Part shown: positions 13,570-23,425 of the stretch, piece by piece
Numbering within the stretch: the stretch's first letter is position 1
Layout: every line of letters starts with the position of its first letter
Assembly (NCBI GenBank): GCA_000320545.1
Contig: ADNK01002991.1
Location: 1-33,546, forward strand
Reading direction: 5' to 3'
DNA length: 33,546 bases
Source of the DNA: Bigelowiella natans CCMP2755
Taxonomy: Eukaryota > Protista > Cercozoa
The notes under the pieces: generated by a model
What the model was told of the DNA's origin: nothing
Databases searched by the model: none
What the model saw: the letters and a program-made list of their open reading frames with translations, nothing else
Program-made: the position numbers and the translations under genes

Positions 13570-14316
13570 TCAATTTCCGCCCGGAATCTGGTGATATGTA
13601 GACAGAAGATAAACACGATATAAGCAAAGAATCTATACGCCGAGCTTCCCGCCCAGCAGCATTGGTAGGTGAAATGGTGGGAAAATCACAAACCTTGAAG
13701 ACTCCGTCGGCGGCAAGGAGGGCGACTGTAAGCGCAACGATCACAACAGCACTTCCTGCGTTGTTGAAGAACCATCAGTCATTGGCGAGGTTGCGAAAAA
13801 ACAAAACGTGACGTGAAGTACCTCCGACAAATTTCAATGTACTTTTCATCATCAGAGACTCCCTTTCCGCTGATCGCGGCTGAAAATATAAAGATTAGGG
13901 TATTGGTGGGTGGTGCGTAAGGGGGCGCGGGAAGGGGTGCGGCTGGTGCTCTCTGTAACGAAGCAACCTGATTCAGCGGTGATGTCAGAAATCCTTCATA
14001 GTATGTTGAGTTTAGGTTGTCACGCTCGATCAGTGTCTCCCCACCTGCCATTGTTATCCACAAATGAAATAGATGCGAGCATGGGAACCTCAAGTAAATG
14101 TGCACCCTTATCCTCATTCAACGCAGGCCGAGAGATAAGCTGACCACGTCGACGACACGTGGAATGATAACCAGCATGTGCAGCCCCGCCGCCCCATATC
14201 CTCGATCGGCCAATGACCCTGCTGGCTCGGGGCAGGCGAGCCGTTGATGACGCCACGGAAACGTGGCGGCTTTCTATCCCCAGCGCAGAGAGCGCCAACA
14301 AGTAGAAGGCGATCAT
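13570..14316 (-). CDS. Small putative plastid-targeted protein with one C-terminal transmembrane helix (about 140 aa, 5 exons), function unknown
   Basis: In-frame GT-AG splicing gives MIAFYLLALSALG (signal peptide), an S/R/A-rich transit-like stretch, then EDKGGETLIERDNLNSTYYEGFLTSPLNQ / PRSAERESLMMKSTLKFVG / GSAVVIVALTVALLAADGVFK / IPGGN*. Internal exons are 13879-13822 and 13755-13694. The last exon is least certain. Confidence 0.75.
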
Positions 14317-15389
14317 GCTGATTGTGTGGACGAGGGGGGTGAGAGCGAGCCACGTTTTAAGTTCAAAATTTAACCGGTATTAACCCAATTGGAACGGATG
14401 GAATTAATCACCGAAACCCAGTCAATTTTCAGAGATGCGACAAGGATATACTTCTCGTAGTCAATGTCCCGAGAAATTCGCTGTGAGAGCAAGTGAGAGC
14501 AAGTGAGTTCGCATTTTTTAAGGTTGAATTCCCAAAGTAACAGCTGCTTCGGGTTCAGTAGTGCCGGGTTGGGCGGATTCAGTCAAAAAACATAGGATAT
14601 TCTTCAACTGCGACAGGGAAATCCCGAACCGCTGCCTGGATGTTTTCTTCGAGCACGCCCCGAGAATGGAACCATCGTGAATGCCGCTCACTTTTTGGGC
14701 AGCTTCATTTTTTCCTTGCGATTGTTTAGGCAGCACCCTTCGGCAACCAATTTGTGCATTTAAATTGCGCATCGACAAGCAATCCCAGGCCCGCAAGAGG
14801 CTGAACATTCATGGCAACTGCACCTGCAATCATTCTCCTCAGTGCGAGCGACCGAACACACCGTCGTTTGCAACGCTACATTTCGTGCATCAATCCTAAC
14901 CCCCTTTTCATAGCACCACGCGATGATCTGATGCGTAGAGTTCCACTGTGCAAAGATCTACTTGAAGAATGCTAAAGCGATAGACACTCATTGCATCATT
15001 TGCGTAAGCAGTGCTGCTGCATTTTAGGGACAACTAACTGCCAGCAGCCCGCGCATGCCATACACTTCACCGCTCTAGCTAAGGATCGGGTATTGCTGTG
15101 ATAATTTAAAGTAAGTAATAGCGGAGATGGACTAAGAAAGAGTAACTATGTATCTTGGGTTTACAATCTAACTTACTAATTGCTACATGCACGCTCGTCT
15201 AGAGCTGCGACTAATTTCACTGTACTTCATTTAACGCGAAGGATTTATGTCATTTCCTTCCGCAATCCATCTCATTATTGAGACAGGATGTCTTCGATTC
15301 ATGATCTGTACTAATTAAAATTTGTCCAAACGAACTCAAATGTAAATGCATTACGTTTAGCCCTCTTGAAAGAGGGGCGGGGAGAGAAC

Positions 15390-16632
15390 CTTTATCATCG
15401 GTGCTACATATTTGGCTGCTGCCAAGTTGATGAGAAGATATCTCATAGTTTCTGCATCGCTTTAAGTGGATCCAGACGTCAGCACGTGGTAGCCATTCGC
15501 CGCAACCCAGGAAGCACGGCTAACGAACGTCAACGAGTACAAACAAAAAGGGGGATTGATTAAATACGTGTGATGTGTGCAGAGAGGCATTCATAGTCAC
15601 AATATTGTACCACTTCGATCATAGGACAAATGGCAGCGTGGTGGTCCTCGAAATCACCTCGTTTCACATGAGCCTGGCATTAAACAGAAATAAATTCTCT
15701 CAAGTTTGCCGAAATGCTTGTGCATTTTTCAGTATACCGGGCAGAATGGACAGGGTAAAGTGTAATCTAGATGATTTATCGCTCTAGCTTCTGCGTCTTC
15801 ATCATTTCTGATAGCCATCGCTGCTAATATAGACGGATACAGCATCTCCACCGATGGGAGATCACGTTTCACCACTCGGGCAACTTTCTGATCAACGTTG
15901 TTTTGAATGAGAAGATTTGTATAAATTTGGTGCAAATGCTGTACCCTACTCCTATTTTCTATACAATCTCAACATATACATGCTTCGCTTTCTTCTTCCT
16001 CCTCCTCCTCCTCCTCCTCCTCTTCTTTCCCCCCTCTCTGTCCTCCGCTCCTTTTCCTCCCTCAAGACCTCTTCATAAGCTCTTCGAATTTCTTCCTCAT
16101 ACCTCGAGCTAGATCGAAACGGGAAGTTTACAACCTGAACCTAAATCATGGTTTTATTGAGCATATTGGTGAGTCAGATTTTCTTCGCAATATATGGCTG
16201 TTCAAGCGCATTGAAATCTTCATTTACATCTTGGTTGCTGACGGTGAAGTTCTTGCATCGTCCGAGATGGAGCGCCACATTCTTACGCTTCAGCATAAGC
16301 CCACAGCCCAGTACACATTTCTAATTCGATATTTTGGTTTAGCGATGTACAAGCTATCGAAGCGATTGATATGTAGACCACGAAAAGCTCTCTGCAGACA
16401 GAGTCGAGGTGATCTTGAAGGAAGCCCGCACGTACAGATACCTTCGTATCGAAATTAAGGTAGAATAAGTTGGATGAAAGGCATGGTACCTCTTTTTATC
16501 CACCTTACAATGACGACAGACGACCGTCTCTTTCGAATCGCTTGTCATTTCGACCTGGCCAACGATCCTGCCCTCTGATCCTACGGTTAGCGCGTGTAAT
16601 CCGTGATCAGGCCAGGCCCTCGTGGCCCACAT
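15390..16632 (-). CDS. Protein with two tandem TRAF-type zinc-finger modules separated by a Glu-rich linker; start and last exon uncertain
   Basis: Module 1 is VVCRHCK / VSVRAGFLQDHLDSVCRELFV / KCVLGCGLMLKRKNVALHLGRCKNF (exon ending 16504, exon 16441-16379, exon from 16320). Module 2 is LPCPFCP / AHVKRGDFEDHHAAICPMIEV / PCFLGCGEWLPRADVWIHLKRCRNY (exon ending 15738, exon 15673-15611, exon 15518-15390). The CxxC...H...C and C..GC...H...C spacing is typical of zf-TRAF. The linker includes EEEIRRAYEEVLREEKERR...[10 protein letters not shown]. Confidence 0.75.
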
Positions 16633-17095
16633 TTCGAGTTTCCGAATCATCATTTTTTTTTTTCATTGGCTTCGTTCTCTACGATAATAAATCTCCAGAT
16701 CAATCCATACCGTATTAGATCACGAAGCCTGGGGGGCGAGGGAAGGCCTGAGGATCGAGTAGTTGGCAGCTGGCAGGCACTATTAGTCTACCCCCTGCAG
16801 CATCCGAGGCCTCTTCCAATTTCTCCTTCGAATCGAATACTGACCGTCACTGCCCGATATTTTCCCGATATTTACCGATGTGTAAGCACCAAGACAGGTA
16901 AGATAACTTAGAAGTCAGCCAATTATTGCAAGTCTTTCACCAGAAATGCCCGCACTGAGGCGACAAATGGGAATTTCACCACGGAAAAGATAAATCTTAC
17001 AGCTCTCACCCGCAATCCTTCTGTGATCCGATCCGTCCCCCCACATCGCCATTGCCCACCCCCATCGTCACAGTGATCACAGAAACTGTGGAACA

Positions 17096-20000
17096 ATGTC
17101 CGACATTTTCGAAGCTGCAACGAACAACGATATCGCTCGACTGAAGCGTTCAATCGAGCAAAAGGCAAACATCGAGGCGAAGAACAATCACGGTGGGTAG
17201 CGGCAGAATTGCTATTTAGGCAGTGCAAGCTGCAGCATTGGATGAATGATGGAAGAGTTGGATTGATTTTCAGCAGCAGTAGGACTCATAGTAGCATTAG
17301 TAGTAGCAGAGCAGCAGCAGCAGTAGTAGTAATAGTAGTAGAAGTAGTAGTAGTAGCAGTGGTGAGGTGGGAGCAACAAGATTGGGCAATGAGCATGAGG
17401 AGTAGCTATTTCAATGGCATTGAGAAGTGAGCAGTGAGGTTGGCAAACTGAGTGTCGACATGAGTAGAAGAAGCAATAGAAGTAGAAGTAGAATAGCAGC
17501 AAGAAAGAGAAAACAGAATGATTGGTGTGGATGTGGGTTGCGATTCATCATGGGTCTTGAAAGGCTTGCAGTGGTTAATCATTAGATGTTGTTGGTTTGA
17601 GGATGGTTGTTGATGTTGCACACATGTATCAAATTGTTTTTGCGTCTAAAATTGGATCGCATTCCACCAGGTCAAACACCGTTGATTTTGGGATCTCACA
17701 ATGGCCATTTGGAGACCGTCAAGTACCTGGTTGGTATGAAGGCAAACATCGAGGCGAAGGACAATCGCGGTGGGTAGCAGCTGCAGCATTGCTAGTGTTC
17801 AGGAAGTGGTTGCAGTGTTGGGTAGATGTTAGTAATTGTTGTTGGTAGCAGCAGCAATGGTGGCATTAGCAATGGTTTTGAGAACAGAGTAAGAGGAGTA
17901 GTAGTTACATAAGCATTGAGTAGTGAATGGTGGTAATGGTAAATGTAGATTTGATATCAGTAGAGGTAATAACATTAGTCTTACCAAAATTGAATGGATG
18001 ATAGTTTTAGGATGGTAGTTGATATGCAAACATGTGTCATTGTTGTTTTTGCGTCTAAAATGGGATCGCATACCACCAGGTTGGACGCCGTTGATTTCGG
18101 GTTCTGCCAAAGGCCATTTGGAGATCGTCAAGTACCTGGTTGGTATGAAGGCAAACATGGAGACGAAGAACAATGACGGTGGGTAGCAGCTGCAGCATTA
18201 CTAGGATATAGGCAGAAGTTGCAGTGTTAGGTGGGTGATGGTAATTGCTGTTGGTAGCAGCAGCAATGGTGGCATTAGTGAGAAGAGAGTAAGAGGAGTA
18301 GAAGTTATATCAGCATTGAGTAGTGAATAGTAGTAATGGTAAATTTAGGTTTGATATTAGTAGAGGTAATAATATTAGTCTTACCAAAGTTGAATGGATG
18401 ATAGTTTTAGGATGGTTGTTGATATGCATACAGGTGTCATTGTTGTTTTTTCGTCTAAAATGGGATCGTATTCCACCAGGTTGGACTTCGTTGATGATGG
18501 GATCTTGCTATGGCCATTTGGAGACAGTCAAGTACTTGGTTGGTATGAAGGCAAACATCGAGGCGAAGGGCATTAGCGGTGGGTAGCAGCTGCAGCATTG
18601 CTAGAATACAGGCAGGAGGTGCAGTGTTGGGTGGGTGATGGTAATTGTTGTTGGTAGCAGTAGTAATAGTGGTATTAGTAATAGTTTTGGGTAGTGAGTA
18701 GTGAAATAATAGAAATAGGAGTAGAGGTAGTAGAATTTGTTGTAGCAGAAGTAGTACATAAAGTCTAGTATGTAGGCAGTATTTGCAGTGTTGGGTGGGT
18801 GATGGTAATTGTTGTTGGTAGCTGTAGTAATAGTAGCATTATTAACAGTTTTGAGAAGAGAGTAAGAGGAATAGAGGTTATATCAGCATTGAGTAGTGAG
18901 TAGCAGGACTTGCAAACTTAGTGTTGATAATACTGGAATTAGTCATATTAGTCTTACAAAAATTGACTAGATAGTGTTGGGATGGTTGGTGATATTGCAT
19001 GCATATGTCATTGTTGTTTTTGCGTCTAAAATGGGATCGCATACCACCAGGTTGGACGCCGTTGATTTCGGGTTCTGCCAAAGGCCGTTTGGAGACCGTC
19101 AAGTACTTGGTTGGTATGAAGGCAAACATTGAGGCGAAGGGCATTGGCGGTGGGTAGCAGCTGCAGCATTGCTAGGATATAGGCAGAAGTTGTAGTGTTG
19201 GGTGGGTGATGGTAATTGTTGTTGGTAGTAGTAGTAATAGTGGCATTAGTAATCATTTTGATTAGTGAATAGTGAGTAAGAGAAGTAGGAGTTGTGTTAG
19301 CATTGAGTAGTTTGTAGCAGTAGTGGTAAATGAGATTTGATATTTGTAGAGGTAATAATATTAGTCTTACCAAAATTGAATGGATGATAGTTCTAGGATG
19401 GTTGATGATATTGCATACTACATGTGTCATTGTTGTTTTTCCGTTTAAAATGGGATCGTATTCCACCAGGTTCGACTTCGTTGATTATGGGATCTCACAA
19501 TGGCCATTTGGAGACAGTCAAGTACCTGGTTGGTATGAAGGCAAACATTGAGGCGAAAAGCAATGGCGGTGGGTAGCAGCTGCAGCATTGCTAGCATATA
19601 GGCAGAAGTTGTAGTGTTGGGTGGGTGATGGTAATTGTTGTTGGTAGCAGTAGTAATAGTGGCATTAGTAATCATTTTGAGTCGTGAATAGTGAGTAAGA
19701 GAAGTAGGAGTTGTGTTAGCATTGAGAAGTTAGTAGTAGGAATGGTAAATTGAGATTTGATATTTGTAGAAGTAATAACATCAGTCTTACCAAAATTGAT
19801 TGGATGATAGTATTGCGATGGTTGTTGATATGCATACATGTGTCATTGTTGTTTTTCCGTCTAAAATGGGATCGTATTCCACCAGGTTGGACTTCGTTGA
19901 TGATGGGATCTTGCTATGGCCATTTGGAGACAGTCAAGTACTTGGTTGGTATGAAGGCAAACATTGAGGCAAAAACCAATAACGGTGGGTAGCAGCTGCA

Positions 20001-20401
20001 GCATTGCTAGCATATAGACAGTAATTGCAGTGTTTGGTGGGTGATGGTAATTGTTGTTGGTAGCAGTAGTAATAGTGGTATTAGTAATAGTTTTGGGTAG
20101 TGAATAGTGAGTAAAAGAAATAGTAGCAGAAGTAGTTGTAGCAGAAGTAGTACATAATGTAATTTCGGGGGGTTAGTAGGTTGTTTGAGTGTTTTGTGGT
20201 TGCAATATTTGCTGTTGTTGGGTTGATTTGTTGGCTAGTTGATGGTGGTTGACACTGCTGTTGTTGTGCCACGCAATCGTTCGTTCAATTTTTGCACTAG
20301 GCCAAACCGCATTGTACTGGGCTAACAAGGGATTTCATAACGATGTCGCCAATTTTCTCCGCGATGTGAAGAAAACAAACGATCATGATGAGGAAAACTA
20401 G
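17096..20401 (+). CDS. Ankyrin-repeat protein, 8 exons (N-cap, six single-repeat exons, C-cap), about 260 aa
   Basis: Exons: 17096-17192 (MSDIFEAATNNDIARLKRSIEQKANIEAKNNH), then 17671-17769, 18080-18178, 18480-18578, 19051-19149, 19470-19568 and 19886-19984 (each 99 nt, e.g. GWTPLISGSAKGHLEIVKYLVGMKANMETKNND), then 20301-20401 (GQTALYWANKGFHNDVANFLRDVKKTNDHDEEN*). All introns are phase 1 with GTGGGT donors. The G-x-TPL...GHLE.VKYL...A-N-I-E pattern is the ankyrin consensus. An additional upstream coding exon cannot be excluded. Confidence 0.93.
17193..20160 (+). repeat. Tandem array of intron+exon units (about 400-570 bp) within the ankyrin gene
   Basis: Recurrent blocks gtgggtagcagctgcagcatt, gtgggtgatggtaattgttgttggtagc, tagtcttaccaaaattga and ctaaaatgggatcg..ccaccag. 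Exon-start spacings are 409, 400, 571, 419 and 416 bp. Confidence 0.95.
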
Positions 20402-20580
20402 CTAAAGAGGGAAGATTTCGCATGATTTTTTGTAGAGCGTAACCAGGCAATCTTCCTAATGTACTGAAGGTTTAAGATTGGAGACATTTTTTTCCAAATG
20501 AACACGATGCAACGTGATGCAAACATTGTCCATGCACATGAGACGAATGCAATGAGGTGATTGAATTTGTTCAATTGTCG

Positions 20581-20627
<47 letters not shown>

Positions 20628-21355
20628 AACACACGTGCAGTTCACGTGTGATGCTGCCTTTTTGAAAACCCACTGCCTGGCCTGGCGCACAGCTTGCTAG
20701 CTTGGGCATCACTAGCGGGGAGCTAGCTGTTTCCACGTGCATGTGCCGCAGCACGTCTTGCAAATGTGCTCAGAGACAGTGGCACATCTAGACATGCACA
20801 CGTGTTTGCATGATGTACTTGCGTGGTCTAGGTTGTCATCACAGCACTGCAGACAATGCGTGCATGATGCACATGATCGATGGAAAATGCCAATCATCTA
20901 ACAAAAAAAGTCAATATCGAAACGAGATGATGAGATGGCTGGGCTCATGTTGCAAGGTATTAATTCAATGTGCACAACATGCTGCACACGACATGTGCCA
21001 TGTCTGTCGTTGTCAGCACGATGCAGTGGAAGCCTGAATGCCAATGGTGTCTTTACATCTTGCCCATCTGTGCCGTGTGGCCGGCTGCGGTGCTGTTCGC
21101 ACATGCTAGCATGTGTGCATCATGGCATGTGCATGGCTAGCTAGCTAGCTGGCTGCACAACGTGTGATTCAAATGACTAGCAGATGGAAAATGTGAGGAT
21201 TTGCTTTGTTGTTGTTGAATGAGATGCATGTGGACGTCAATGACAAAACAGAACATCTTTGACTTTTTATATTTTAGCAAAATGACATGTTGATTTTTTT
21301 TTTGTGATCTTGCATAGACACAAGTTTCATTTTTTCAGTTTTCGCTCTGTTCATG

Positions 21356-22603
21356 CTAGCATGTCCCAAAGTTTCCCCCCATGAGCATCCACAGTTTTAC
21401 GATCAATTCCATCTTGATTTTCTTTTGGGCACCGCTCGATGCCCCTGGATTTTCTGCCGCAATCTTGATTTTCAGCGCTGGGCTTATGGACTTGACAAAC
21501 ATTTTGTAGTTGCCGGTTTGATAGTGCTTCCACAACTGTCCAACTTGCGTTTCGACGAGGACATTTAGCACAATATCCGACGACACCGTTGGGTTTTCGA
21601 CCTGCATCTGGATTGTTACAATTGGACTGAAGAGCTCCGAAAAGTCCCTCCACTCGAAGCCAGCATGACTACTGTGATTGCCGTCCTTCTTGTCAATCTT
21701 TAGGTGCTCCCCCGAAAGCACATCGTGGTCAACGTCGTCGCGCACGTCTGCGTGCTTGATTTCCGTTTTGGAGTGCCTATTTGCGTCTAAGGCGAATTCG
21801 GGCTCATCCAGATCAACCACTGTGTTCGGAACATGCACCTTCTTTATATTTCCGGCAGCCGTTTCGTGAGAGCTTTTTTCCTTTTCGCGTCTCCCTGGTG
21901 ACCTGTTCGGAGATGATCGCGATCTTGCTTTGCAGGCAGAGACGTTGGAATTACGGTTCTTAGTTGGAGATCCGCTGCTACGACGTGCTCTATGAGAAGA
22001 AGGCCTACTAACTGATATAGCTGACAATCTTCCCTGTGAAACGATCTTAGCGTGGGTGTATACTTCATCGTGAAGCTTCGCATCCGGGATCATCCCCATC
22101 TTATAGTAGATGGTGACATCTGCCATGATCTGTCCAAAACCCCTCCTAGAATTGATGAACTTCACCACTCCCTCTGAGTATGACTTCCCTTGGAGACGTT
22201 CTTGCCTTAACGCAACGATGTGCTCGGTGTACAGTTTACCGTGAGAATCAAGGTTGAATTCAACAAAGACTATCATGCCAGCTGTAAGCTTAAATTTAGC
22301 TGGGCGCACATCGACAGATTTGAGATCAAAACTTATGGGTATTTTGGCTTTGATAAAACCAAAATCCTTGGGAGGCTTGGACATCTGGAAAATATGCCCT
22401 TTTGTTTTGATGCAATGAGTATCCTTAGGATCTCTCCTCACTTCACAAGCTTTGTACTCAGTCTTCTTCTTTTTTTGGTAGTAATTGTGATAACGAGACT
22501 CCTCTTTTTTGGGGGTCTTAGACTCCTGTTGTATGTCTTGCTTCGGTTGGGAATTCTGGTCCTCATTTGAAAGAGATGTTCCGAATAGCCACTCTAAAAT
22601 CAT
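21356..22603 (-). CDS. Intronless protein with tandem cold-shock/OB-fold-like segments, an S/R/K-rich linker and an unknown C-terminal domain
   Basis: Uninterrupted ORF. GHIFQMSKPPKDFGFIKA and GVVKFINSRRGFGQIMA resemble the beta1/RNP1 motif of cold-shock domains (G.VK.F...KGFGFI), each followed by L..G..V.F or L.DEV-type strands. ATG at 22603 (MILEWLFG) is chosen; the ORF is open to 22786. Confidence 0.6.
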   Translation of the reverse strand: MILEWLFGTSLSNEDQNSQPKQDIQQESKTPKKEESRYHNYYQKKKKTEYKACEVRRDPKDTHCIKTKGHIFQMSKPPKDFGFIKAKIPISFDLKSVDVRPAKFKLTAGMIVFVEFNLDSHGKLYTEHIVALRQERLQGKSYSEGVVKFINSRRGFGQIMADVTIYYKMGMIPDAKLHDEVYTHAKIVSQGRLSAISVSRPSSHRARRSSGSPTKNRNSNVSACKARSRSSPNRSPGRREKEKSSHETAAGNIKKVHVPNTVVDLDEPEFALDANRHSKTEIKHADVRDDVDHDVLSGEHLKIDKKDGNHSSHAGFEWRDFSELFSPIVTIQMQVENPTVSSDIVLNVLVETQVGQLWKHYQTGNYKMFVKSISPALKIKIAAENPGASSGAQKKIKMELIVKLWMLMGGNFGTC

Positions 22604-23425
22604 TCTAGTTTGTAGTTCTTGATTTGTGTTTTGAAAGTTTTTCTCTGATTCTTTACTGGTTGTTGAGTTGTGAGTGATGCTGCTACAACCGGGCTGTCTG
22701 AAACTCGCTTGTTTTTTGCTATCTTTCTTTCCCTCCCCGATCCTTCTCAAAATAATGAGACCGAACCGCAAAGAAGAATTCCACATGAAGACTTAACATT
22801 ACCCTTGTCGCATGCAATGTATTGCCTCGGCCTGACCAGTGAACGGGCGATGACGGTACGAGGAAATTTCTGCGAATTTTGCGTCAACTTTTCGTCCAAG
22901 CGAAGACCAGCCGCTATTTTTGGCGAAAACTCACTAAAATGAACAAACAGCGAGTACTGGAACAACGAGGAAAAGCCGGCACCTCTTGTTCCAATGCGAC
23001 AGGGGTTTCGGCGGGGTAAATCGCGGAGAGATGTCCTTGTTTTGCGACCCTGCGTCTTCGAGGAAGAACTTTTTTCGGATAAATTTATTTGACAACACAT
23101 GGAAAAAATGAATATTTTTTAGGTAAAATCGCCTTATCTTATGTACTAACTTTACTCTCTCAGCTGTGCGAGCATCGATTGTACCGGGGGGCGGTTCCTA
23201 CCCATGCTAACTTCATTTGCACATATGTCGCAGCTCGCTGATTTCGCACAGCTCGGAAATACCGACGGCACTTCTCCTTCCGAACAGTGATTCTTCCCAA
23301 GTCGCAAGGACGAAATTCCAGGCGATTTTATCGTACCAGACGCGAGTACGGGATGTCGTGTGCTCGGCGAGTGGAAGCGCGCGCCGCCGCACCGCCCGCA
23401 GCCATAATCCGCCGCCCCCGACGCG

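Noticed and set aside
14483-14507. gtgagagcaa repeated about 2.5 times upstream of the 14316 ATG
   Set aside because: Too short to distinguish a regulatory element from simple slippage.
14518-14899. Short ORFs between the small plastid gene and the zinc-finger gene
   Set aside because: No recognisable motif and no convincing splice chain. They could be 3' exons or UTR of the zinc-finger gene but this is not supportable.
17671-19984. A complete diversity-generating retroelement
   Set aside because: No reverse transcriptase, template repeat or accessory gene is in the window, and many adenines are invariant. Only the codon pattern is kept as a finding.
17600-20100. CRISPR-like or satellite interpretation of the regularly spaced repeats
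   Set aside because: Units are 400-570 bp, wholly homologous, and contain spliceable ankyrin exons. There are no unique spacers or cas genes.
20381-20401. C-terminal DHDEEN of the ankyrin protein as an ER-retention signal
   Set aside because: It does not end in HDEL/KDEL and no signal peptide is evident.
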